Positions 12,959-25,830 of a stretch of DNA of 64,000 nt are shown in pieces; positions within the stretch are counted from its first letter, which is position 1; every line of letters begins with the position of its first letter. The position numbers and the translations under genes were made by a program. This DNA is from Macrostomum lignano (Eukaryota). The notes beneath the pieces are model-generated. The model was not told the origin of the DNA. It searched no databases and saw only the letters and a program-made list of their open reading frames with translations. The stretch lies in contig NIVC01001115.1 in assembly GCA_002269645.1 (NCBI GenBank), positions 249,403 through 313,402 on the forward strand, given 5' to 3'.

Positions 12959-14376
12959 TCAGGAGAGCGTGCTCGAATGCTGCCTGTGCTTGTCGAGTTT
13001 CTCTGCACCGGCGCCGTCCCTCGGCAGCTGCAGCGACCGTCGGAATTCTTCAACATCCCCGGTCTCGTCGATGGTCTGCAGCGCTTTAAAAGCGTTCGAA
13101 TACAACTCGGCAGCTTTCAAATGCCAGGCCAGCTCGCTGAAAACATAGTTGACCAGCACAGAGCGCAGGCCTGTCACTCGGCGGGTCTCGAACTCGAGCA
13201 GCTGCCGGCTGAACTGCTGCCGCTGGCCCTCCGACCCGGCCGAGGCTGCCTTGCGTGTCCGAGAGCGCTGGCTCTGGCCGAATGACTTCCGCAGGTCGGT
13301 CTAGGCGTGGATGATGTTGGTGTGGTGGGGACTGTGTGGGGCAAGCACATTAAGTACATGAAGTACTTTATAAAATGTACTATAGACAAGCCTAACCTGC
13401 GAGCCTCTGTGCTGATTGCCAAACCTGGCCAGCTCGTACAGCACGTGATCCTCCAGGTTGCGCACGTGACTGTCCCGGTATTCTTCAACATTAGCCAGAA
13501 TGGTAGCCGCTTGCGTCAGCGCCAGTTTTGTAGTTTTCTCGTGCTTTTCAGAGCTGGCGCAGGCGCTCAGGGTGGCGGCGATGGCTTCGGCATTGTCCCG
13601 CTGCTTACTGGAGTGAAGCTTGTCCTGCTCTGGAATAGTCTTGTCCACGTATTCTTTGGTGGGCGCTCTAGGATTGGGTGGGTGAATGCAGTCGATGTTA
13701 CATGCTTTGAAACATTTATAATAATTTTTAGGTTCCAAGATAAACTGAATTTTTGGCTATAGGCTTGAACTAAACTTTAACTATTTCAAGAAATGTTTAT
13801 TAAGGTTAAAAAAAATCTGCTAAACAAAACTTAAATTATAAGATTGATAGAATATATATATTAGGAAAGTTCAGATAAGCAACAGAAATTTCAAATAATA
13901 AAACAATTTATAATGAAAAATAGGCTAGAAATCATTCTTCTTTTTTAAAGATGAATTAAAATTAATTTTTAGAGAACTTTATAGAATAATTAGAGATAAA
14001 ATAATTATTCATCAGTAAAAATTTTGGTGAGGCCCATGCTATCTGTAAAAGAAGATTATAAAATACAAATTTAACAAAAATTATTTTTATTTTCTCTAAA
14101 CTGTTTTTTAAAACATCAAAGAAACTTAATTCTCCAATTAGATTTTGTAAATAATACTAATAAATCAATTATTTAATTCATCAAATATTATTTTCTTTCT
14201 ACTTTTATGTAAATGTAACTCAATAACTACACTGTACTGAATGTACTGTAATCTGTAAACAATTTGTTAACTTGTACATTGCTTGCTTAGAAAAGCAATA
14301 AAACAGTTTTGGTAAAGCAGAGAAAATGGAATTCGTATTCCGATATCTTTAATAAATCTTACCCAGTGCCAGCCAT
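12959..14376 (-). CDS. FAM92: FAM92/CIBAR-like BAR-domain protein. Exons 14363-14376 (tentative), 13397-13667, 12959-13300
   Basis: KQRDNAEAIA...LANVEEYRDSHVRNLEDHVLYELARFG resembles FAM92 RLRDKADLL...[81 protein letters not shown] resembles the FAM92 C-terminal helix. The 96-nt intron is phase 0 GT..AG. The 14-nt first coding exon is inferred from a phase match only. Confidence 0.7.
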
Positions 14377-16578
14377 TCCACTTCTACTAGGAAGAAAGAA
14401 TTAAAAGCACCCAAAAGCAGAGAGTGGGTATCATAGGTATAACGATACGATACGATAAAATGGTATGAATTATAGCTGTTAAACAACAATGCCATCGCAA
14501 AATAAAGAGTGCCTAGATACCAAAAAAATGTTGGATAGTTTTTATAATGTTTAATGGAGCAAGAAAAATGCACCCATTCTTCTATAATTTAGCGGGTTGA
14601 CTTTAAATTGGTTTTTCTTGTTATAATACGCACGTATAAGAACCGTAAAAAACGCAAAACTCCCAAGCAATTAAGACAAGTGTACGCCGTTTTACATAAA
14701 TATAACTCGACGATTGATTCTGAATTATCGTTTAAATCTACATTCTAATAAAAAAGCTGCTGCTTCTGTACATCTTTTGTCGTGTTATATTGGTTCCACC
14801 CCTGAGAACGATGCCTACTACAAAGTATATGAATCTGACCTGCAGCTTTTTTGAGAAAATACACTAACTTAAACTAAGGCTTTCAAAATTGTGTTATGTG
14901 TTTGTACATGTATAGAAAGCAATTAAAAGATACATGTAAATGTAATTTCTTGCGCTGGTACGCTCAAAGCACTAATAAATTTACATTTAACTTCATGAAT
15001 TGTAAAACTGCACAGATTAACATTTATTCCCCAGACAGAATTTCCCACAATCATCGTTATCTAGCCAGCATTACCCTAGTTAGGTCTTTTCAGCATCTTG
15101 AAAAAATATTCGGTAGGTCTCTAAGCTACACCTTGTGTAAAATCTTATTTAAAAAATCAAAGAACGTCCTTAACAATGTCGAAATCAACACCCAATTTTG
15201 ACAGGTGATAACACACAAGTCTCAACCGCGCGTGAACTACGAGCTAAAAAGATTAAAAGTGAACAAATCAAACTAAATTTATATTTACGAACTATACTAT
15301 GAATATTTATGCATAGATTCCAAAATAATTCAATTAGTTATAATATGCTGTTTTATTATCTAATGTCAGACTGAAGACAGGAAAGTTGAGAATAAAACTC
15401 AGTTGAAAATTAAGACGGAAATTAGGAAATTATTATTAAAATAGCAATTTCTTTTCTTATTGCCATGTGCGCAGGTATTATCCAAGCTAATAGTTGAGAG
15501 GCCTGACAAACTCGTAAATTGAAGGATTAACTGATGCAGAACACGACAGCTTTACTAGTCCGTGCCTAGATTTATATAATCAAATAAAATACTTCAAGAG
15601 GCTGAGAGTAACTACTGAATATATTTGTGAATGCGGATTTAAATCACACATTCAGATACTAAACAAAAAAATAGCATAGATAACAGGAATAAAATTTTCT
15701 GCTTTCAGAGAACACTTCGCAACAAATTTTCGAAAATTGAGGTATAAAGTGACTCTGTAAAGATTAGAGAAAAATAACCCATGTACTTAACCAATCCAGA
15801 ATCCAGATATAGTGATGAGGAACAGTAAACTATGCTTGGATCAGGTAATTAAAAATCCTCATTTTATTTTCAAGAAAAAGAAAACTCTTAACCAAATAAG
15901 CAATTCAACCGAGAATTCGTCACAACTTCAGTTCAGGAGTTCAAATACTCGCAAATATATGGGGGTTACATTGTTCAATGCTTGCAAATAGTAGATGGAG
16001 GAATGAATGGCCATGGCAAGTGCCAATTTTATCGAGCAGGTTATTTTTGTCTTGCATAATCTTGATTGTTTCCTAGGAGAGGAGGAGACAGTAGACATTT
16101 TCCCATATTAAATATATAATGACAAAAATAGTTTAACCTATCACTCATTAACAGGCAATCATCTAAAATTTAGTCCCCACCACCCCAACAATTATAAATG
16201 TTATAGTTTTAAAGCTTTGTTTTAACGATTGACAATTATAAGTATCTAGCCCACGTTAAGGCTCATTTATCTTCATAGTGAGACTCTTAATTAGGACATA
16301 CATGCGCAACCCCTCTGATTTACACCAGCCTATCTATGAAATGCGACTTACCTATAAAAAAAACCTTCAAAAAATTATTACGGTTTTGGGTAAACGGTGG
16401 GAGTAACTATGACTGTATTATTAAGGCTTAATGCATCGGCATCTAACTAGTACTCAGCGAATCAGCCGGGTTTCGCGCATGTATGATTCAGGATACAAAT
16501 TTTGAGAAACAATAAAATAAATACACCCAAACAGAAACAACCTGCTCAGATAAGCAACTCCATACGAATTCGACCAAT

Positions 16579-19500
16579 TCACACGGACAAGATCAGGGCC
16601 ACAATGAAGCCGTACAGGCCCAGCACTTCGGCGAAGATCAGGATGAGGATCATGCCGACAAACAGACGAGGCTGCTGGGCGGTGCCGCGTACGCCGGCGT
16701 CGCCAACAATGCCGATGGCGTAGCCAGAAGCCAGGCCGCTAAGGCCGACAGCCAGGCCGGCGCCAAGATGACGCAGCGACTTCTCAACTGTGTAATCTGG
16801 CGTCATGTTCTGCGAGATAAGCACAGCAACTACTAAGCCATAGATGGCAATGATACCGGCCATGACTACTGGCACTACGGACTTCATGATGAGCTCGGGC
16901 CTGAGCACTGCCATGTTGGCGATGCCGGTGCCAGATTTGGCTGTGCCGTAGGCCGCGCCCAGGGCTGGCATGTGTGTTAACAGGATGAAGGGGTGGAATC
17001 GAGTTAATGCTCATTTCTTTAGGATGAAATCTTGATATTACAGTTTTGCTTTTAGGCTACTATTAGTAGTTTTGTTCAGGAAAATATTTTAGATGGATAT
17101 AATAGAATGTAAGACAATAATGCATATATTGTAAAATTCAAAATGAATTCTAATGTATTAATTATTTTGTTTCTATACATTTCAAAAACTCAATCTACAA
17201 ATATACAATTAACATAATAGCTTTTTATTTTAAGCTAATGCGCTATCACTTATCAAAATGAAAAATAGTTCTAATGTGTCAATTATTGTTAAAGCTTTAA
17301 TGCTTCTATACATACAGTGCAGCAAAAAGTTTAGGAACACTTAGTGGTGGAGCTGAAAGATTATTTCACAAAAAAGTATATGTACATTCTAAGATGCTGT
17401 AAGCTCATTCCAAGACAGATTACTGTGGCAAACATCACCTAATTAATACCTGTGTTGTGTAAAACTATGCATGATTTTGATCATAACAAAGTATTGTAAA
17501 AATCTAATGAAAAAAGACAGGAAAATGTTGAAGAAGGCATGGTGTGCATTGAATTGTTCACTATAAGCATCAGCTTTATCTATCAACAGAGAACAGAACT
17601 CTGTAAGATGGAAGGAGGGAGACAGATTTAACAGTTGCATCAGATCTAGCAAGCCACAAGCTACCATGGAGAAATAATATCAATTGGCTGATTGTGAATG
17701 CATTATTGGCAGATAGAAAGCTGACTGCAAATGCAATATTGTTGAGGCTGCCAAAGAATGCATGTTGTGAAGATATTCAATCAAGATTTTTTAAATAATT
17801 TGTTCAAATCAAAATCAATTTTACATAAGACATTCTTACCAGAATAATCTATCTTGAAATGAGCTTATAGCATCTCAGTTTGTATACTTTCTTTTTTGAA
17901 AGAATATAGTTCTAACAATCTATTGCTAAACCTGTTTGCTAGCACTTGTACTTTGATTTGATATATATTTTTCATTTAAAATCAATCACATACAATTCAA
18001 AGCTTGCATTAATATCTGCTATATAGACAATATCTTTATAAGCAAAAGCATTTTATTGTCAATTGTACTTTCTTATGTCAGTTTTTATTTGACACTAATA
18101 CATTTATAAAATAAGCCCTAAGTATTGAAACTTCAATTGCAAATTTCGATCAAATGGATAATGTCCATTGCAGATTTCAAGTATACTTTACAAACAATTA
18201 GTAAAAAATCCATTTTTATATTTTCCAATATGCATATGCCAAGCCTATTATTCTATTTAAGATATTAGACTAATGCTATTACTACTGTCTAATATGTCTA
18301 TTACTATCTACCTATATTTATATACTGAAATCTAGATTAGGTAACCCATCTCTTGGGATAAACAGTAGTTTTTTCTTATTAGACATGGTATCATCTTTAC
18401 TATTGTATATAGTTTGACTAAAAAAATTCTATGTATAAGAAACATGAACAAAAATAAGTTAATTTCATTTGAATGATTCTCAATTTTCTATCCTAAGAAG
18501 AGCCAAAACATTTGTCTAGCCTAAGCTAGGGCCTTTTAAGACAAATTGTACCTTTCTAAATTCTTTATGTAAGTCAAAAACTATTTTACAGACATATTAT
18601 AATTATTATAAAAAAGGTTCAAGACTTTTAGACAAGGCTAAGATCTATGAAGTCTATAAAACCACAGGTTTTTTACTTTGGGATAAAAACTTTTTTGTGG
18701 TGGCCGCATAGGAACATTTTTGGCTACTACCAAAAAGGACTTCTTCAAGTTTACATTGATACGCTCGTAAATTAGTTACAATTTTAACAGTTATCATGAT
18801 TTTGTCTCTAAAGAGGTTTTTGATGGTGATTGGTGCTAATATCAAATTTGAGCTTTATTTTTGGTAGCTTCAACCCAACTATATATAGCTTAAAACCAAC
18901 AACTGGGACATAGGGAATAGGGGTTTTAAGGTTGGGAGATTCTTTATGGGGATTGATTTTATCAACATGAACTTGAATAGAAGCATGGAGACCTATTTAA
19001 GATAGTGTTGATAAATTCCAGATATTTCTTAATTTCCATTTCTAATTCCATATTCTATTTGACTAAAAAAACCACTACAATTTGCAGTAACTGCATTTAA
19101 CTCTCATTTATGCCAAATCAGTGAAGGTGAAGTAGTAATACAACACAAGCATTTTCTTAAGGGAAGACAGGCATACATACACTCAGCAACAGTCGAAACT
19201 GCCACCCTACCAAGAGAGGCGACTTCTCTCTCACCTCAACTGCAAGTGACGTAACTTGCACCATGGCGTGGCTAAAGCTGGGTGAGAGTGAATTCCAGGG
19301 TGAGAGTACAAAAGGGACTGGGGTTGGGGTTGGGGGTACAACAGTACATGTGACAATGGTTAGGCATATGATAGACGCTGAATGATGGCGCGCTGTTGGC
19401 ATGCTAGAAGCTGGTGCATCCATCAGCACAGTTGCTTGCCAATTTGGCCGATCACGTTCAACAATTCGAGCTCTGTTAACAAAGTCCCAAGATACTGGTA

Positions 19501-22500
19501 GTGTTCAGCATGCAGCCACAGGCAGCCAGCGCCATGATCTCTGCAGCTTAACAGCCAGGGCAAATCGACGTCTGCTGTGGATTGTCAGGCAAACTCCGAC
19601 CGCGCCAGTCACCCTGCTCCGTCTAATGTGGGGTGAAAGAAGCAGATAGGGCATCCCCTGCATCCCCTGATTGCCCTCTCCTGCATGTATGCAATAATAA
19701 AAGTTATTGCCTGAAGTTCCTAATAATAAATTAATAACAAATATTCTGTTATCTGGCCAATTAGTTCAAGGCAACCATTTAATCTTGTGTGTAAAATGGC
19801 GTCTTAGCCTTTGTGACCTTGGAAGCACTTTATTTGACCCTTGGTCTCTCAAGAGAAGTTCTAGGGCAAATTAGAGCAATTTTGAGCTTTAGAGCTTTTC
19901 CTGCAAATAACTGTGGTGGTGACAGCAAACTAGGCCCTACTACTTACAATAACACACTCAACAAAGTAGTTTATTTTAAGTTTCTTCCATATTGGCTACA
20001 ACTTCTGCATTTGGCATTCTGATTGATAGCAAACTAGACCACTCAGCCGCAACCATACTGGTAGCTAACCTCCAGCCTCCCCCTGAGCCTGAGGAACTCA
20101 GCAGACGGAGCTCCCCTTTATTGGCATCCGAGATCTTCGCCCAACTTTGTTTAAATCATCAGGAATGGCACTAGTGATGGACCAAATATAGATTTTTTCA
20201 AGTTTCCGAAACCAAATCCAAATGTACAAAAAAATTGAAATCCAAATCTGAATATCCGAATGTGTTTCTGAATGTAAAAAAAGGAAAGGTAAATAGCGGG
20301 AATAACTATAACACTTTTCAGTGACAAAAATGCTTTGTCATCTTATTAGTAATCATATTAGTGGTGTATATTAATTTACTAAAAAGATTCTATCTATCTT
20401 GGGCTTATAATACTATATCTATCTAGTATCTGAATTGAATTGAACTTAGAATTAAACTTAATTCTTATATATCTAATCTAACTAATTCCAATTACTAATC
20501 CAAGAACTGGCATTACATTTGTGCAATTTGATAACTTTACTGTATACAAGCATGTTCAAAAGTCCATTGCATTTGCATTTGCAACTTTAAGTTAAATGCC
20601 TCAAAGGTCTCGAAGTAAAGTAACTTTATTTAATAGGCCTAACACTTTTTAAAAAATATGTTACTGCAAAAAATATACTCAAAATGAACAATATAATGTT
20701 AAATTTTGTGTTCTCATTTTTTTAATTTACTTTCTTTTTTTCAAAAGCTATATTTCTTTTATGTTTGCATATTTTTTTAGTTTTTTTACTTTTTCATATT
20801 TGAAAGCACATTTGGAAATTCAGAAAATAAAATTTCTGAATCTGCAACATTTAGATTTCTAAAAAAGTGAGACTTTTTTGGATTCAGATTCTAAATCCAA
20901 ATATTTGGATCTATCACTAAATGGCATTGATTTGAATGGCGTGAAAGCAAACAAACTTGACTAACTACTTAGCAAGAAGGCCCAAACCCTCCTCATCCTC
21001 ATATTCATTTTATTTGTACAAAAAACTTGCATAATACTATTTAAATATGTTGTATGTTGCACTTATTATAATAAAACAAACTTATTGGATTTAAAAGCAT
21101 AGCCACTGAGCACTATATTTACATTAAAAAGGAATTATATAATTTATTTTTAAGTATTTATTCAAACTTTATATGGAAAAAGCTATAAATTATTGTTCAT
21201 AAAATTAGAGTACCAAAATCTTGTGCAAAAACTTTATATAACTTTCCAGGCCTATTCCAAAATTGGGCAATTGTCAGGTTTTGTTCATTAAATTAATTAG
21301 ACTCTAAAAAAGTAATCTACAAACTATTTTAAGTACAAATACATATTTTTAAGAGACTTAAGCCTGATTAAGCACTAATTCTATGCTTCAAAACTTGTTA
21401 TAATGTATCTGAAACTGGAAGCTGCAATAGGCCTAGTCTATGGCCAGAATGTTTGAACATTTTTTGACTTGAAAAAATGTCTATGGTCAAGTCTAAACAT
21501 CAATGATCTTTTATAAGTTGACATATAACAAATAACTAAAATTAAAGTCCTAAATTTACAAGGCTATGCCGCATGCCATGCATGGGACTTCACAAGCCCT
21601 ATTTGAAACATACTTAGAGGAATTGTGGCGTCAACTGAACCTAGTGAAGCCATTTGAGAATATCCTATTATGGATTTTTTACTACAATACTATAGTGTAT
21701 AAAGCTTTTGCTATTTGTTGGTAGTTTGACCAAAGACAATAATAGTACAAACACAACTTTTTATTTGTTTCTATTAAAACTTGTTTACTTGTTAACATTT
21801 TGGCCATAGACTATTGTAGCTTTTTGGTGTTAGATACATTATAACAAGTTTTGAAGCATAAAATTAGTGCCTGATTAAGCTTAGGTCTCTTAAAAATAGC
21901 TATTTGCACTTAAAAATTAAAATAGTTTGCATAATACTTTTCTAGAGTCAAAATAATTCAATGAAAGGAACTTGACAATTGCCCAAAATTGTCATGCAAA
22001 GATTTTTTCCTAGGCTAGCCTAGTGTTATAATTAGGATAATAACACATTTCCCAAAATATTTAAGACCAAAAAACTTTCTATCCCTATCCTAATCAGCTA
22101 GGCCCTAATGCACTGATTCCCTACAACTTAGACTTAAATTAAAATCTACCTTGCCAGACTTTGGAAGGTTAGGCCTAAATGCATGCTGGAAAATTCTAGC
22201 ATACAATGTCAAATGACCCTTTTCAAAATTGGCATACATTTTAGGGAAAATTTTATGTTTTTGGCATATATTGGCATACATTTAGCTAAGTCCTAAGATA
22301 GGATTCTTGTTCTGCCATACACTACTACACAATCTGGACCTTGGTTACCTTGATAGGAGCCTAACTTGTCAAAATAGTCCTAATTTTTGTCCCAAGGTCC
22401 ATATTTATCATTTAGTTATTTTATCTAGATCCTAGTTCTGGATAATCTAGATTTATTTAGATTTTATCTAGTAGTAGTAGGTAGGGCCTAGGGGCTAGGG

Positions 22501-22803
22501 CTAGGTTGTCTAGATTAGATAGGCTATAGTTTTATAGGCCTAGGCCTAATGTCAATGAACAATACTAAATACTAAATTAATAAAAATACTTTACTCTTAT
22601 GCACTTTACTCATTCATAGGCCTAATGGTAGTAGGCCTAGGCTTAATAGGGCCTCTTTACATGTCTAGCCCACTACAGCCTAGGCCTATAACAAATACCA
22701 CTATAACAAATGCCACTTCCAGTAACTTACCACAAAAAACCATGGCTGCAGATGCTCCCATGACACCAAAGAAGGGTGTGTAAAGAGGATCGTTGATAGG
22801 CAT
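16579..22803 (-). CDS. ATP6V0C: V-type H+-ATPase 16 kDa proteolipid subunit c. Exons 22731-22803 and 16579-16964 (152 aa)
   Basis: [24 protein letters not shown] spliced (phase 1, gtaag..ag) to [16 protein letters not shown]...[23 protein letters not shown]...[23 protein letters not shown]. The proton-binding Glu is present. Confidence 0.96.
17313..17340 (+). mobile_element. Tc1/mariner-like terminal repeat remnant
   Basis: TA followed by CAGTGCAGCAAAAAGTTTAGGAACAC, a typical Tc1 TIR start. No intact partner TIR found. Confidence 0.35.
19360..19650 (+). pseudogene. Tc1-like transposase N-terminal (paired-type HTH) remnant inside the V-ATPase intron
   Basis: [39 protein letters not shown] resembles the Tc1 N-terminus (GML.AG.S...VA..FG.S..TI..L...Y..TGSV). 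Truncated, no DDE domain visible. Confidence 0.65.
20172..20919. mobile_element. Non-autonomous hAT-type element (MITE), 748 bp
   Basis: TIRs TAGTGATGGACCAAATAT and ATATTTGGATCTATCACTA. Flanked by a near-perfect 8-bp TSD, AATGGCAC (20164-20171) and AATGGCAT (20920-20927). Confidence 0.75.
21260..21990. repeat. Foldback / long imperfect inverted repeat (arms about 21260-21458 and 21791-21990)
   Basis: For example gcactaattctatgcttcaaaacttgttataatgtatct versus agatacattataacaagttttgaagcataaaattagtgc, and aattgggcaattgtca versus tgacaattgcccaaaatt. Confidence 0.85.
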
Positions 22804-25247
22804 TTCGATAGCTTAAATGATCTATTAAAGTTGCTTAAAATGCTTGTCTGAACAGATATTTGGAAGTATATGGAAGTAATGCCTGATTGCCTGTCTGCGT
22901 GAGTAGGCTACAAAGTTTAGGTCGTCGACCATTTCTTAGAAGAGAAATATTCCGTCGTTACAATATTACTCATTTCGTAACGAATAGATTCCGGAATATT
23001 GTAACATTTTAAAATTTTGCAATTTTGCATCTGAAGCGGTTAAAGTCAAAACTGGGGAGTCAGAAAATGTAGAAAAAAAATTGTTGTTTAAATTGGTAAT
23101 TTTTTATACAATTTTTAATACTTCTGTTAAGTGGTCTCAAAAAAACATTTTTAAAGCACAAAATACACCTCTTAATAAATTTCCTACCCATTTGTTAATC
23201 TTCACTTTTACGGAACTGTACGGACGCAGAATCAGAAACTAAATATAGTATTCTAAAAATAAATGCTTTATACAAACCAGTAAAAGTAGTTTTTATCTAA
23301 AAAAAATAGGTAAATATTGCAATAGATATTTTTTAAATAAATATTAAGCTGGATTTTGTTAAACTGCTTACTTTGTTTACGTCGCGCCTGTTTGTGTTCT
23401 GAAATACTCTCGTTAATTTAGTTATCAGTTTCATGTTAATAAGTACTTTATTATTGATGTTTGGCCTGGTTCTTCTTACGGATGTGAAATATCAGCAAAC
23501 TTTTTTGGATTGAATTAAATATGAGATTTAGATATTGATTACTGACTTCTGTATTTCAAGCATTGCAAACGTCTAGCATCAATTTTCTGCTTATCTAATT
23601 TATGAACAATAATCGATCGAGGATTCTAGATATATGCTTTATCTTATAAGCCACGGCTTATGAATAGGCAAATGACTCATGAGACTGAGGTTTAAATAAT
23701 TTTACTGAATAGAATGACAAATAAAGGTGTCTATCAAGTTTTTTTATAAAATAGCTTTATCCACCCTCGCTCTTGTTTAACTATATTTTTGTTCTGAGGC
23801 ATAATTTGTAGTCTAGTTCAGATTGCTATTTATATTTAACTGTCCGTGTCTTAGGCCTATTTGATTTTTTGCTAATGACGTAGTAATAAAAAATATAATG
23901 TAAATATAAAATTTTGTACAGCTTTACAGCTTAGAATTACTTCGAAACTGATATATGCTTTTTTACAAAAGCCATTGGGCCTTAGCTAAGTGATAATCTA
24001 CCTTATGATTACTGATAATGATACTGTTTATTATAGCCATCACTATGCACTTTTAAGTATATATATAATTTAAATTGCTAAATAATTAACAAGTAGCAAG
24101 TAAAACAGGTAATAACTTTTTTAAACTTAAACTTTCTAGTTTCATATAATTTGCAATGTAAAAAGCTATATAAAATGTGACTTGCACTATTCTTTAAAAT
24201 GTATAATTGCAATATGTTTTCATTTGCATTATTTGTTACATTTATTTCATTTAAAGCTCACATTATGAGCTTTAAGAACTAAGAACATGTTAAAAGTTAA
24301 AAATGCAAAACCTGATATATTTGCTTTTTAAAAAATTAGAATATAGCATTATTTTATTATATATTTTATTGTTTACAAACTGGCTTTAAATGCCTAGCAG
24401 GATTGTTTCCTTTTATACTATTGTATATTTAATATACCAATAAATTCTTAACTTGCTTTAGTAGAAGTTTTTTAGACTTAAATGTAAGTAAAATATGTTA
24501 AATGTTTTTCACTTTAATTCATGCCATGCCAGAACTTCTTTGGGAGATCTTCTCAGCTGCATTTTATGATATGCCTTTCATTCTGAGCTCTAAACCTGAG
24601 GCCTTACTTAAACAATGAAACTGGTGGACTTGCTGTATGTTACCTTTACATTTGGTTGAGTGAGTCTAGTGCTTTCTCCATGAACCAACCTGATCTGTCT
24701 GAGCAACCTGTTGCAATGTTGGCGACTCCTGCACCTAGCAGGCCACTTCTGCCCACAACTGGTTCAGGTGCTGCGCTGCTACTTTTGGATTCTGGCACCC
24801 AAGATTCTGGTGGCTATGTGGCCTACATTTTCTCTCAGACCACAAGACACACCTTTTTAGAACCTTATGTTTTATAGTGTGTTTTATTGTATGGGCCTAG
24901 TGGCTATACCAAAAATCTTGTTTTGCATTTAAGTTAATAAAACTTCTGCTTCAGGAATTTATTACTTGTGCCTAAAAATTCTAAAACCTATTTCTGTTGC
25001 CTGTTCATCTTTTTCACTAAATCAAGAGGCATTAAGAGCTTCATTTAGAGCTCTGTGAGATTCACATTTGTATTGAAACTGTTTGGATAGGAGCATAACC
25101 ATGCCCCCCACCCAGATATCTTTTTTACCCTTCTTGAGGTAGCCATATTGATTTTCTGTTCAGGTCTGTGCAGACTGCTCTATACGTCCATGGCCATAGA
25201 TTAAAATATTTGAGCTGATGCTGCTTTATTAATAAAACTTTTTATTA

Positions 25248-25830
25248 TCAGATCAATATGTTTGGGAAGTCGTGTTTTAAATCGTAGGCTCGTTTACTCG
25301 TATATTTGTTGAAATTAAGCAAGAGCTCATCAATCGTTTCGCGCTTGTTCCTGCAGTCTATCAATTGTGGGTCTGTAAGCCAAGCATATACCCATAAACT
25401 AATACGTGGCTGCTGGCAGCCACACATCACAGGTACATAGCTGGTTGAGCTTAAAAAGCACTTATTAATTATATAAGGAGTATGCTATAGTCAAAATAAA
25501 AGCATCCTAGCTTTCAAAGCTAGAACGTTACAACGCTACCACGCTGAAGAGGGCTCGTACTCTCATGCCAGAGCGAACGCAGAAAAGTCAATACAAAAGA
25601 GGCCAAATTGCAACGTCAAAGTGAAAATAAGGCAGCACATACTGCCAGTGTTCTCAAACTCTGCTCGAGCAGCTCAGATTGGCCCTGCTGAAACTGAAGT
25701 GCAGCATACTGCCAGACTGTGCTCAAAATCTGCTTGTGTCGAACAAAGCTGAGTGACAGAGTCCAACTTGCAGCGATGCGCCAGACTGGATTCTGATCGA
25801 CCACCCGCCGAACATAAGAGGTGGGGTTCT
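25248..25830 (-). other. Possible exons of an unidentified gene or pseudogene
   Basis: Two coding-like stretches (NPTSYVRRVVDQNPVWRIAASW...QYAALQFQQGQSELLEQSLRTLA and PQLIDCRNKRETIDELLLNF...NILI-stop) with AATAAA right after the stop. I could not join them in phase. Confidence 0.25.

Noticed and set aside
13668-13738. Cys-rich zinc-finger-like N-terminus (CFKACNIDCIH) on the BAR protein
   Set aside because: Lies upstream of a good acceptor at 13668, so it is most likely intron.
17315-19720. Single full-length Tc1 element from the TIR to the transposase remnant
   Set aside because: No convincing right TIR or DDE domain. The pieces may be independent relics.
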